Origin: Thecamonas trahens ATCC 50062 | Taxonomy: Eukaryota > Protista > Apusomonadida | Length of the DNA stretch: 64,000 bases | Direction: 5' to 3' | Assembly (NCBI RefSeq): GCF_000142905.1 | Contig: NW_013657644.1 | Coordinates: forward strand, 1,163-65,162 | Part shown: piece by piece, positions 46,345 to 57,786 of the stretch | How the letters are laid out: each line of letters opens with the position of its first letter | How positions within the stretch are numbered: position 1 is the stretch's first letter | Program-made: the position numbers and the translations under genes | The notes under the pieces: generated by a model | Database searches by the model: none | What the model was told of the DNA's origin: nothing | The model's input: only the letters and a program-made list of their open reading frames with translations

Positions 46345-46799
46345 AGCGGCACCCCAACAGCTGCGGCAGGAATGGTGCGAGGTATTTCCAAGTGCTAACC
46401 CTTGACGATACGGTACGGTCGTTCAGACGCGTTGTCGCGCGTCTCAAAGTGAACAACTCGATGATGCTTGACTTCCAGGTTACCGTCCGACGCTGCGCGA
46501 CGCCTACTTGGCCTGCAGCTGGAGGTGGAAGGCGCATCTGCACGTGATGGCGGCCGACACGTAGACGCCCGCCTGAAGGATGCCCGAGTTGCCGCCGCGG
46601 TGACGGACGCCTGGGAGCATGGGCGAGGCGCACAAAGCAGAACAAAAAAAATAGTCGCCGCAAACCAAAACTCACGCCAACCGATACCCAACGAGCAGCG
46701 CCTGGCCACTACGACCCACACCAAACGCATCAGCATCGAGGACCACACCACAGTACACATCACCCGCGTCCACATCCACATCCACATCCACATCCACAT

Positions 46800-46831
<32 letters not shown>

Positions 46832-46853
46832 CCACACACACACACACACACAC

Positions 46854-46943
46854 ACACATCTTTCAGTAGCATGCTCCTCTCTGGGTGGGCCATTGTGGAC
46901 ACATCTTTCAGTAGCATGCTCCTCTCTGGGTGGGCCATTGTGG
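46854..46943. repeat. Exact 45-bp tandem duplication over a start codon
   Basis: ACACATCTTTCAGTAGCATGCTCCTCTCTGGGTGGGCCATTGTGG twice, preceded by a (CA)n/(CACATC)n microsatellite. Confidence 0.95.
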
Positions 46944-48259
46944 GCACTGGAGTGCTCAGCTTCTGCCTCACCTTTGTCCTTGCCCTCGCTGGCTACTTCC
47001 TCCTCGCTCGGTGGACAACACCCAAGGCAAACCAGACGACATCATCTGCACCACAACTGTGTACCTCTCATCCAAGGCAATGGACAGTGGCTCTGCTCCT
47101 GGCAGCTGCTGTCACGTTAATTGTGGTCATTCCATTGGCTACTGTCTCGGATGCCAGTGCGGCCCACAACTCGGTTCATGATGCCTACGTCATGCCCATC
47201 TCCTTCAATGCCTTTGTTGCTCTCGTCGTTGTCGTAGGCATCGCCGCAATGCTCTTCGGTACCATCGCTTGGTTCTTTGGTTATGAGCGCTCTGCCTATG
47301 CTTCTCTCTCGGCATGCTCCATGATCCGCCTCCCGGTCATGGGCCTCATGGCTGGTCTCATCACCGCGTCCATCGTTGGCCTTGCTGTCGGTCTCTCCGG
47401 TGATCTGCCAGCTTCTGCTGGTGACATCCCGCGTCAGTCGGACGCCTCGCTTTTCTGGTCTGGCGTGGGACTTGGGGTGGGCATTGCGGGCTTCCTCGCC
47501 TTTCTGGCCATCACGCTTGTGTTCTACCAAGAGTCGGCCAACATCCACGCCATCCGCTCGGCGATGCCCAACCACATGCTGACCCAGGTGGTAGGCCTCG
47601 TGGCCGCCGACGATCGCAAAGCCATTGCACTCCTTGCTTCTCGCAACGAGGAGTACCTTCTCTCACATGGCCTCCTCTACTGCATGCAGGCTGTCCAACA
47701 CGATCTGGTCGACGACGACGCTCTGGCGTCCTGGCCGCCGCAGGCCTTCCGAGGCCCGCTCGCCGCGGCCCTCTTCTCCATCCTCGGCGACGGCCCTTCG
47801 CTCTTTGTGTGGCAGACGACCGACCAGATCGAGCGCGTCCGTGCCGTCACTGACGACATGAAGAAGGCCAAGGCGTGGTCAAACAGCAAGCGCCGCGCCA
47901 AGCTCCACCGCTACTTGTTGGGCGCCAAGGCGCCGGCCGACTCGCTCAACGATGATGCCGAGGTGCAGCTCGGGCCGTCCGAGGCCCGCATCGCCCGCGC
48001 CCTTCTCGCCTTTGTCGACGACTCGTCCGTCTGCCCCATCTCCGCCGCCAACCTCGCCCGTCGCGTCAAGGCTGTCTACTCGACCAAGTTTGGTACGACC
48101 AAGTTTGTGGGCAAGGCCGCCCGCAAGACCGCTCTTGCCCTTGCCGCTGGCTCGTCGTCGTCATACGACGGCTCATCGTCGGGCCCGTACTCATGGTCTA
48201 ACGCCTCGAGCTCGTCGTCGGTCCACTACTCGTCAGCGTACAGCGGATCTTACAGCTAG
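46871..48259 (+). CDS. Multi-pass membrane hypothetical protein
   Basis: About 5 TM helices in the N-terminal half, soluble C-terminal half. Confidence 0.7.
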   Translation: MLLSGWAIVDTSFSSMLLSGWAIVGTGVLSFCLTFVLALAGYFLLARWTTPKANQTTSSAPQLCTSHPRQWTVALLLAAAVTLIVVIPLATVSDASAAHNSVHDAYVMPISFNAFVALVVVVGIAAMLFGTIAWFFGYERSAYASLSACSMIRLPVMGLMAGLITASIVGLAVGLSGDLPASAGDIPRQSDASLFWSGVGLGVGIAGFLAFLAITLVFYQESANIHAIRSAMPNHMLTQVVGLVAADDRKAIALLASRNEEYLLSHGLLYCMQAVQHDLVDDDALASWPPQAFRGPLAAALFSILGDGPSLFVWQTTDQIERVRAVTDDMKKAKAWSNSKRRAKLHRYLLGAKAPADSLNDDAEVQLGPSEARIARALLAFVDDSSVCPISAANLARRVKAVYSTKFGTTKFVGKAARKTALALAAGSSSSYDGSSSGPYSWSNASSSSSVHYSSAYSGSYS

Positions 48260-48309
48260 CTAGCCAGTGAACACGCTTCCCACTGTGTTTGCTTTGCCTC
48301 TGTCATGTC

Positions 48310-50622
48310 TCACCATCGCGACGAAGACGCACCGGCGCCGGCGCTTCCACCTGGACGATACTTTGCGCGGACGCCCGAGGCCGTGGTGACCCGCGACGAG
48401 GAGGCGCCCGCCGAGGCCGACGGCGCGGCGTTGGTCATGGTCTCGGCGACCTGGTTGAGGAAGGACCGCGAGTTGTGGATGTAGTTGCCGCCGACGACAA
48501 TGCGAACGCCGGTGCCCGACGCGTTGAGGCGGGCGGCATAGGCGGCCTCCTCGTACGTCATGCCGCCGACAAAAAAGACGATGATGTCCGACGGCGGGTC
48601 GCGCGACGGCGAGCCGAGCGCGTACGGGTACTCCTCCTCGCGGAGCTTGCCCTTGAACATTTCATCGATGACCTCTTCCAGGAGAGTCACGTGCTGGGTA
48701 AAGACGTTCTCGATGTCCTCCAGGCCGCGGCGGTAGCGCTTCTTGAGCTTCTTGAGAATGCTCTTGTTCTTAAACAGGTCGCCACCGCGGACGCTTGTGC
48801 CGCCGTAGCCGACAATGTCTGAGATGAGCTGCACGTCAGCCTGGGTGAGTCCGCGCTCAAAGAGCGCTGAGACAAGCTGCGAGCAAGCGTTCGACGAGTT
48901 TGTCTCGTAGCGAAGCGCGTAGATGAGGACCAGGCGCAGCGCGTCCTCGTTGCCTGTGGTGGTGTCGTCGAGCAGGGCACGGAGTGCACGGAGGTGCTCG
49001 CCATGGCCCGAGCTCGAGCACGCCATCTCCTGCTCCAGCTCTGAACACGCCATCAGGCCGCGCTCTTCAACCTGCCGCGAGAGCTCCGACGTCAGTGCCA
49101 CGTGCTTCGAGACGTTGCCGGACATACGTTTGAACTCGGGGTAATCCTCAATGAACCGCTTCATGTCGGCAATGGTCGAGACCGACTTGTTCGAGTTGGT
49201 CTTGGCCTGGAACCGGTCAAGCAGCTCCTTGAGCGAGACGCCGAGATCGCCAAAGTTCTGGTACATGACCTGCCGGTAGAACTCATCCTGCTCAGCCGAG
49301 AGCACCACCTCGTGCATATCTTTCCGCACATCACGCACGCCCGACAAGTCAACCCGCTGGTTGGTGATGCCCAGCAGTTCGTGGACCATGGCCTGGTACG
49401 TCCATTGCGAGAGTAGCGGCGTGATCGGGTCGTCGCGTCGGTCCATGATTAGCAGAAGCGGTCGCGAGCCCGAGGCACTGCCGTAGTCGCCGTAGAGGTC
49501 AAACTCAAACAGCTCGGCATCCTGCTGCATCCGGTACTTGACCTCCTCTGCAAGCCGCGACGCCTTTTCCGAGCGCCCGGCAAAGCGCACATTCGGTCGC
49601 TTCTTGAGAGCCAGCAGTGTCGAGAACAGGCCGTCGACCGTCCGGCCAAACGTGAGCGCGTCCCAGGTGTCAGGCGTGGGGCCGGCAATCGACGGCTGGT
49701 TGAGCGAGAACACGCACGGGTTCACGGCCCACACGTCGGCAAAGTACTCGTGGACCTGCGAGACAACCTCATGCTCGTCGGCGTGCGCAAGCTCGACGAC
49801 CTGGGCGTCGAGCAGCGTGTTGGAGAAGAACAGGTGGTACTCGGCGTACTTGGGGCTCCGCAGCTCGCGTGCCAGCGCCGCAATGTTCTCGCCCGTCGGC
49901 CGCAGAAAGCACACCGCCTTCATGTGCAGCATTTGCTCCCGCTCCAGCTCCAACTTTTCCACCAAGTACACCTCGCGCTGCAGGATCTGTGACTGAGTGT
50001 ATGCCATTGACACCATTTGCAGCGTCTCTGTGTCCAGCAGCAGCACCTTCATGCCTGTCCACCCTCCTCCCCACCCATCCGTATCCACCCAGCTCACCAG
50101 CCATACCCAACCCATGAGTCACATGCCCGAGTCTTACACCAGCCCCATCACACCCACACCCACACCCACACCCACCGCATGTGCCAGGAGAGCTTGAGGG
50201 GGCGGGAGGAGGGGGGGGGAGGAAGGAAGGACCCGTCCAAAAAACAGGGGCCAGACACAGGTCACACACACACACACACACACACATACACACACACACA
50301 CACATACACATACACACATACACCCGGCAGAGACAACAGAGGGACAGGGTATGGGTGTACGGCAGGTAAAGGGATATGGGTACATGGCAGGTATAAGGGC
50401 ACAGGTAGAGTCATGGCGTCACTAAACCAGGCCGACAGGGCACAGGCCATGGTGGCCATGGTGGCACAGGCCATGGTGGCACAGGCCATGGTGGCACAGG
50501 TCATGGCTACCATTTACATGGCCAAGAGTGGGTGGGGATGGGGAAGAACGTGGTGGCTACGTACCAGATACGTCAGAAATCATGTTGGTCACATACTCCT
50601 TCACAGCCTGAACAATGTCCAT
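48310..50622 (-). CDS. VPS45: Sec1/Munc18 protein Vps45; exons 50622-50565 and 50054-48310
   Basis: MDIVQAVKEYV...DVSG|MKVLLLD, HMKAVCFLRPT, DRRDDPITPLLSQWTYQAMVHELLGI, SGNVSKHV, ENVFTQH, VGGMTYEE. Confidence 0.96.
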
Positions 50623-50919
50623 CTTGGGCTGGTTGACGCGGAGCGGAGTGAGTGCGGTGTCGCCGTCTCCGCGCCGCTGTCTCTCTCCCTTGGCCGCCAC
50701 CCGCACACTCCCGATCTCTACAGACATCCTCCTGCAGCTGCAATCAGTCGATCTACACCATGGTGCATGTGCCCATCCATCAGAGAATGGCCACCATGTC
50801 CCTCTCCCCGCCCACAATCGGCCGATACCCTCTGCCGCACACGGTGTTGGCGAGAGCGCCACCGCCAGCGGGCGAGCAGGGACAGCGCAAACGAGTACCA
50901 CCTCACTTACGAGACGTTT

Positions 50920-52266
50920 ATGTTTGCAGCACTTCGCCTGGGTGCTCGCCGTGTGCTAAACGATGCGCAAGCGAGGCGCGGGGCCATGGCGGGCCAGGGA
51001 GCGAGGCAGAGGCGGACGATGTTTGGCGGAGTGAGCGGACGATCCGAGTCAGTTGGACAGGGCGACGGAGATGCTGGAGCTGGCCATGGCTTTGGCGATG
51101 ATGCTGGACTGGATGCTGATGTGGTGGTGGCTGGTGGCGGCGTCCTTGGCCTTGCCGTTGCTGCCGCTATGGCTAGAGAGTCTGCCTCGTGGGGCTCCAT
51201 CATTGTCGTCGATGCTGCGCCCAAGCACGGCATGCACACCTCGTCGCGCAACTCGGGCGTCATCCATGCTGGCATCTACTACGCCGAGGGCTCGCTCAAG
51301 GCTGAGCTGTGTGTGCGTGGCAAGCAAATGTTGTACGAGTATGTTGCTGATCGCGGTGTCGCCCATGCACAGTGCGGCAAGCTCATCGTTGCCAGCAGCG
51401 GCGAGGCCGATGCCGCCAAGCTCGACAAGCTCATCTCCAACGCTCGAGCTGCGGGTGTGCATGATCTCGTTCGGCTTGACGATGCCCAAGTTGCTCAGCT
51501 CGAGCCCAATGTGGTATCATCAGGGGGCGCGGTCCTCTCGCCGTCGACTGGCATTGTTGACGCGCCGGGGCTCATGGTCTCGTACCTAGCCGAGATTGAG
51601 GACGCCGGCGGTGTGTTTGTGCCCAACACCCAGATCACCGGCGTGGTGGCCCGTACCGACGGTGCATTTGACGTCCATGCTGCCGATGGCTCGGTCATCC
51701 GCGCTGGAACTTTTATCAACGCCACCGGGCTCTGGTCCGGGGCCTTTGCGCAACACTGCGAATGGCGGAACGAGCTAGGCGGCGAGCCGCTTCTTGCACC
51801 CGACTCGCTGCCGACAGTCACTTTTCTCAAGGGCAACTTTTTCGCCGTCGCACCGAGCGTCGCCGCCCGGCTCGACTTTCGCCACCTGATCTACCCGTTG
51901 CCGGCCTCACACTCGCTCGGCATCCACGTCACCTTTGACACTGACGGCAACGTGACGCTGGGACCCGACCAGGAGTTTGGCGCTGCCTTTGATCCCTATG
52001 CCTCCCTCGAGGCGCAGCCCGACTACTCGGTCGATGCCGCCCGCGCCGCTTCGTTCCTCGAAGTCCAAGCCTTTGCCCCAAGCCTGCCAGACTCGTGCCT
52101 CACTCCGGCATACTCGGGCTATCGCCCGCAAGTCCCCGGCCGGGACTACATCATCCAGGGTCCTGCCGATCACAACGTGCCTGGCCTCGTCAATCTCGTT
52201 GCCATGGAGTCACCAGCCCTCACATCGTCTCTTGCCATCGCCGATCACGTCCTTCGCCTGCTGTAG
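50920..52266 (+). CDS. L2HGDH: L-2-hydroxyglutarate dehydrogenase (mitochondrial FAD oxidoreductase)
   Basis: Arg-rich presequence; VVAGGGVLGLA, TSSRNSGVIHAGIYY, SLKAELC, CGKLIVA, SPSTGIVD, HLIYPLP, LGIHVT, ESPALTSSLAIA. Confidence 0.9.
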   Translation: MFAALRLGARRVLNDAQARRGAMAGQGARQRRTMFGGVSGRSESVGQGDGDAGAGHGFGDDAGLDADVVVAGGGVLGLAVAAAMARESASWGSIIVVDAAPKHGMHTSSRNSGVIHAGIYYAEGSLKAELCVRGKQMLYEYVADRGVAHAQCGKLIVASSGEADAAKLDKLISNARAAGVHDLVRLDDAQVAQLEPNVVSSGGAVLSPSTGIVDAPGLMVSYLAEIEDAGGVFVPNTQITGVVARTDGAFDVHAADGSVIRAGTFINATGLWSGAFAQHCEWRNELGGEPLLAPDSLPTVTFLKGNFFAVAPSVAARLDFRHLIYPLPASHSLGIHVTFDTDGNVTLGPDQEFGAAFDPYASLEAQPDYSVDAARAASFLEVQAFAPSLPDSCLTPAYSGYRPQVPGRDYIIQGPADHNVPGLVNLVAMESPALTSSLAIADHVLRLL

Positions 52267-52410
52267 CACCGACTCTGGCCATTGCAAGCCGCTAAACGAC
52301 GGAACGCCATCATCGCCCATCGCCCGCCTCGGCCCGTCGCCCCGCGACGGCAGCGCAGGCGCTACTGCAGTTGCTGCCACTTCTCGCAGACAACCGCCAT
52401 CACGCCGCAA

Positions 52411-53739
52411 ATGAGACATGTGATTGGATGCGCACTTGCGACGGTGCTTGTAGTCTTTGGACTGTATGTGTGGGCGTATGCAGTGGTGGTGGTCCGCTTC
52501 GAGCCGGCGGTCGGTGAGTGGAGTTTGGCAAGTCCGCCAGATGCGTTGCTTGGCAACCGAGAGGGCCGAGGCGGGCCGTACGGCTGGCGGCTCATCCGGC
52601 GTGTGGCACGATCATCCGCCATTGCTGCTGGTCATGATCGAGTGTTCATGGCATCGATCGACGCTGCGGGCATTGCCGAAATCCGGGTCGAGGCTAAGCC
52701 TGAGGCAGAGGCTGCCAAGGAGATCCTGCCCGAGCTGGATGCGGCGGATGACGGCGCGGCGGCAACGTGGCTCCTGCATGATGACGCTGGATGGTCGGAT
52801 CGGCGGTTTGTGGCTAACACTGAGCCGCAGAGCTTGGTCTGGCTCGGCGAGTCCCGCATCACCGCGTTGGAGGCCATGGGCGATGGCCGGATGTGGGCGG
52901 TGCGCAAGGCTGCGGTCGCGGTCAGCCTCCTCCACACCCGGGCCATCAGGCCGGGTCAGGCGGTGCCGGCCTCATCGGCAGTGATCGATGTACATGCTGC
53001 ACTGGCGGCGCCAGTGGCACTGACCTACGTCCGTGCCTACGGCAAGTACCCGGCCGAGCTGTATGTGGTGGATGCGTCGTGGAAGTACCGCCCGCGCAAC
53101 ATTGATGACGCGCGGGTGCCTGAAGAGCTGGAAATGCGCGGTCACGGGCGGGTGCTGGCGTACGATCCCCAGCAGCGTGTCTCGCGGTGGGCTATCGCCC
53201 GCGAGCTCTACTTTCCGCTGGGAGTGGCGGCGGCGGACGATGGCGCGTATGTGCTGGTGACTGAGGCCACCAAGGCGCGAATCAAGGTCATCGATCGGAG
53301 CGATGACGAGCGGTGGTCTGTCTTTGTGGACGGGCTGCCGTGCGAGCCCGGGGCGATTTCGCCTGCGCCGCCCGCTGCCGATGGCTCTCCGCAATGGTAC
53401 GTCGGGTGCGTCGGCGTCCGCGGCGGATGGCTGTCGCGGACGCTGGCAACATCGAGACTGGCCAAGTACCTGGCGCTGGCGGTACCGACGACGATGCTGG
53501 ATGCCGCCCGCGAGTGGGTGGACGGTTTCCGGGCTGCGCGTTTTCTCGTGGTGCGGATTGCAGACAAGTCGCAAGGCCGCATCCGAGGCGCTGTGGTCGA
53601 GGTTCACTCGGTGCCGGCAGAAGCCGGTCTGGACTCAGTCGGGCAGGTCGTGGCCTCGCCGCATCGACGCGATCGGGTGTTTGTGCGATGCGCGCGGACG
53701 CTGCGTGTGGCTGAGCTCGGTCGCCACGAGCGCGGCTGA
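52411..53739 (+). CDS. Strictosidine synthase-like/APMAP beta-propeller membrane protein
   Basis: N-terminal signal-anchor; LYVVDASWKY, GRVLAYDP, LYFPLGVA...YVLVTE, FVDGLP. Confidence 0.72.
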   Translation: MRHVIGCALATVLVVFGLYVWAYAVVVVRFEPAVGEWSLASPPDALLGNREGRGGPYGWRLIRRVARSSAIAAGHDRVFMASIDAAGIAEIRVEAKPEAEAAKEILPELDAADDGAAATWLLHDDAGWSDRRFVANTEPQSLVWLGESRITALEAMGDGRMWAVRKAAVAVSLLHTRAIRPGQAVPASSAVIDVHAALAAPVALTYVRAYGKYPAELYVVDASWKYRPRNIDDARVPEELEMRGHGRVLAYDPQQRVSRWAIARELYFPLGVAAADDGAYVLVTEATKARIKVIDRSDDERWSVFVDGLPCEPGAISPAPPAADGSPQWYVGCVGVRGGWLSRTLATSRLAKYLALAVPTTMLDAAREWVDGFRAARFLVVRIADKSQGRIRGAVVEVHSVPAEAGLDSVGQVVASPHRRDRVFVRCARTLRVAELGRHERG

Positions 53740-53754
53740 GGGGAGGGAGAGAGT

Positions 53755-55090
53755 TTACGGCTCCGAGTCGATGCCTGTAGCAGCAAGGATGCGGCGGGCT
53801 CCGGCGAGGACGGAGAGAGTACCGGCTTCGACGCCTGCTTCGGCGGTGGCGACGGCAGCAGCGTCGCGTTTTGCAGCGCGGAGCAGCTCGTCCTGGACGA
53901 CAGCCCAGAGAGCAGCCTTTCGTTGGCGGGCGCGGCTGGCGAGCAGGTCGCCCGATGCAATGCGGGCGTCGAAGAACGACCCGATGTCGGTCCAGAGGCG
54001 GTCGAGGCCGCGGCCTTCTGTGGAAGAGATGGTGCGGACGGGCGGAGCCCAGTCTGGGTACTTGCGGTGCATGAGCTTGAGGGCGGAGCGGTACTCTGCC
54101 CGGACGATGTTTGCGGAGGAAGAGAGGTCGCCATCAGCCTTGGTGACGACGACCTCGTCGGCAAGCTCCATGACGCCACGCTTGATGCCCTGCAGCTCGT
54201 CGCCGGCACCGGGCGAGACGAGGAGCATGAACATGTCGACTACGTCTGCGACGGCGTACTCGGACTGGCCGACGCCGACAGTCTCGACGAGGATGACGTC
54301 AAACCCTGCGGCGTCGCAGACGGCGATAGCGTCCGAAGTGTGGCGGGCGACGCCACCGAGCGTCCCGGAAGATGGGGTGGTGCGAATGTAAGCCTTGGGC
54401 TCGCGGGCAAGCTCCATCATGCGGGTGCGGTCGCCGAGGATGGAACCGCCGGTCCGTGCCGACGACGGATCGATAGCGAGGACGGCGAGCGAGAGGCCTG
54501 AGCGGATGAGCCACATGCCAAAGGCTTCGATAAAGGTCGACTTGCCTACACCCGGCGCGCCCGAGATGCCGAGACGGATTGAGGGCCGGCCCGAGGCCCG
54601 CGGATTAGGCGCCGCCTCGAGACGGGCAAGCAGCTCCTGGGCCTTGACCTGGTGGTCAGGGCGGGAAGACTCAACTGCGGGCAACGGTAGGACGGATGTG
54701 AGAGAGAGACAACCAAGTTGTCGCACTGACGACCGCGATGAGGGTCACTACCAGCACCACCCTTGATCATCGCCAGCATCATCGACATCGGCATCATCAT
54801 CGACATCATCATCAGCAGCATCATTGCCAACACCGCCATCACCATCCCCCCTCCCCCTCCCCCCCATCGGACGTACTCACAGTAACAGCTCGCGAGAGCG
54901 AAAGACGATGTCCAGCAGCGACGCCTTTGGCAAGGGCATCGACATCGATGGCTGTGCGGCGGCGGGCAGGGGCGGGCGCTGACGAGGTGGCGGAGGCTGG
55001 CGCTGACGAGGTGGCTGAGGAGGAGAGGAGAAGGGCGTGGTGGACGATGGAGGAGAGTGGGTGGTGGCGGAGGCGGCACAGACGGAGCAT
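53755..55090 (-). CDS. MMAA: Methylmalonyl-CoA mutase GTPase chaperone MeaB/MMAA; exons 55090-54877 and 54674-53755
   Basis: LSRAVTV|IESS, GISGAPGVGKST, AIDPSS, GGSILGDRTRM, VETVGVGQSE, GDELQGIKRG, TKADG. Confidence 0.95.
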
Positions 55091-55376
55091 GGGGGAAGGG
55101 GGGTGAAGTGGGAGGGAGGGGGAGGGGGGGGGGGGGGGGCTGGGGGGTGGCTGGGGTGAGGGTGAGGTTGAGTTGGCGGGCGAGTCGGCGGGCGGGCGGC
55201 AGTGGGCAGGCAAGACGGGAAGAGGTTGGTCTTCAATGGGGCGGCTCCTTGCCAATGGCAAGGAGGCCAGCAGGCGGCGCAGGGTGGAGCACCGCGGAAA
55301 GGGGGGGAGGGGAGGGAGTACAGGGAAGAGGTGGCTTGAGGTGGATATGTGCAGAGGGATGCACGACACGATGGAC

Positions 55377-57493
55377 TTACGAGTCCGACGAGTCGAGGGT
55401 GGCCGGGGGCGGGGCGGCCGGCTTAGGCGCGGCGGCCGGTGGCGGGGGCGGGGCTGGGGCAGCGGCGGCGTCGCCGGGCATGTCGTCAAACTCGGGGATG
55501 AAGCCAAACTCCTCACCGTCGACGGCGACGTGGGTGAGCGGCATGTCATCCTCCTTGTACGTGGCGAGCGTGTCCTCCTCGAAGAGGTAGTCCTTGTCGT
55601 CGAACCGGTCGCCGGCCTTGGCGCCGCTGCGGGAGATCTTCCACAGCAGACCGAGGATGAGGAGAACCGCAATGACGACAACAACAATGACCGTGCCAAT
55701 GACAATGGTCGAGTTGGTGTTGTCCTCCTTGGGCGCAACAGTGCCTTGTCCAGCAGTCGCACTGCCGGCCGGAGGCGACGTTGGCGGCGGCGGCGGAGGC
55801 GGAGACGGCGGCGGCGGCGGAGGAGGCGACGGCGGCGGCGGCGGGGGCGACGGCGGCGGCGGCGGGGGCGACGGCGGTGGAGGCGGCGACGGCGGCGGCG
55901 GAGGCGACGGCGGAGGCGGCGGCGGCGGCGACGGCGGCGGCGGCGGGGGCGGCGACGGCGGCGGAGGCGGCGACGGAGGCGGCGGCGGAGGCGGCGACGG
56001 CGGCGGCGGCGGCGGCGACGGCGGAGGAGGGGGAGCCGGAGACGGCGGCGGCGACGGCGGCGGGGGCGGCGACGGCGGCGGCGGCGGCGACGGCGGAGGA
56101 GGAGGAGGNNNNNNNNNNNNNNNNNNNNNNNNNNNNNNNNNNNNNNNNNNNNNNNNNNNNNNNNNNNNNNNNNNNNNNNNNNNNNNNNNNNNNNNNNNNN
56201 NNNNNNNNNNNNNNNNNNNNNNNNNNNNNNNNNNNNNNNNNNNNNNNNNNNNNNNNNNNNNNNNNNNNNNNNNNNNNNNNNNNNNNNNNNNNNNNNNNNN
56301 NNNNNNNNNNNNNNNNNNNNNNNNNNNNNNNNNNNNNNNNNNNNNNNNNNNNNNNNNNNNNNNNNNNNNNNNNNNNNNNNNNNNNNNNNNNNNNNNNNNN
56401 NNNNNNNNNNNNNNNNNNNNNNNNNNNNNNNNNNNNNNNNNNNNNNNNNNNNNNNNNNNNNNNNNNNNNNNNNNNNNNNNNNNNNNNNNNNNNNNNNNNN
56501 NNNNNNNNNNNNNNNNNNNNNNNNNNNNNNNNNNNNNNNNNNNNNNNNNNNNNNNNNNNNNNNNNNNNNNNNNNNNNNNNNNNNNNNNNNNNNNNNNNNN
56601 NNNNNNNNNNNNNNNNNNNNNNNNNNNNNNNNNNNNNNNNNNNNNNNNNNNNNNNNNNNNNNNNNNNNNNNNNNNNNNNNNNNNNNNNNNNNNNNNNNNN
56701 NNNNNNNNNNNNNNNNNNNNNNNNNNNNNNNNNNNNNNNNNNNNNNNNNNNNNNNNNNNNNNNNNNNNNNNNNNNNNNNNNNNNNNNNNNNNNNNNNNNN
56801 NNNNNNNNNNNNNNNNNNNNNNNNNNNNNNNNNNNNNNNNNNNNNNNNNNNNNNNNNNNNNNNNNNNNNNNNNNNNNNNNNNNNNNNNNNNNNNNNNNNN
56901 NNNNNNNNNNNNGGCGGCGGAGGTGGCGGCGGCGGCGGCAGCTGGGCCGATGCCACGTTCACCATCGCCAGCAGCGCCAGCGCACAGAGTGCGAGGACGG
57001 CACCAGTTCGGCTGCAGGTATGACGAGGCGTGAGCAAGGGGAAGGGGCGGGTGAGTGGGTGGGTGGGGGGGTGACAGGGGGCAGACTACCCCGTCTGCCT
57101 TTGCCAGTCGCTTGATTTTTTTGGGCCACAGACGGCGCCCATTGTGGCGGGAGGGGGTACCCATAGGGGAGCCAGCTAGGCGAAAGACGCCACCTTATGC
57201 AGCATTAACCACACCAGAGTGTGCAATCCATGCTAACTACGGTGGCTATGTCCATAGCACGCCCCAAAGGTCCTCTGCCAAGCCGTCCAGCCCGCGGCAA
57301 GGGCCCCTCCTCCCCTTCCACGCGTGTCGCCTTGGAAGGTGATCCAAGCAGCCGTTGCATATTTTTTTGGCCTCGCTGGTCGCGCCCGGCCGGCTATACA
57401 TGGCAGCTGGTATAGGCAAGAGAGGATGGAAATGGAAGGAGGGAGGGGAGGAGAATGACGGGTGGTGGTGGTGAGGGGGAAGACGTACCGCAT
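55377..57493 (-). CDS. Extensin-like (SPPPP)n type I membrane glycoprotein; 5-nt first coding exon (57493-57489), intron 57488-57012
   Basis: ATGCG|GTACGT...CTGCAG|CCGA gives the signal peptide MRRTGAVLALCALALLAMVNVASA; SP4-6 repeats (partly in the gap); TM IVIGTVIVVVVIAVLLILGLLW; acidic tail. Confidence 0.75.
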
Positions 57494-57786
57494 ATGTGTA
57501 AGGGGGTGGCGCGAAAGGGTAAAGTGTACCCAGGTGCACCACCCCTGCCGCCGTCGCTCCTTGCCGCCATATCATGGTCGTTGTTCATGGCGCCATTTGG
57601 GTGGGAATGTGCAATTCTACGTAATGACCACCATTACGAACGAATGCCTGATTGACTTGCAATGCATGTGGGTGACATCATTGCTTTTACATTGATGATA
57701 ATCATGTTGGACATGGTTGTTGACCACTGCCGCAAAACGGTCGACGGTACCGTCCGTGACGTTGGACAGTTGTGTTTGTGCATGTT

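Noticed and set aside
50260-50510. snoRNA in the 510-nt VPS45 intron
   Set aside because: The intron contains only (CA)n and 15-bp GGCCATGGTGGCACA repeats; no box motifs with a terminal stem.
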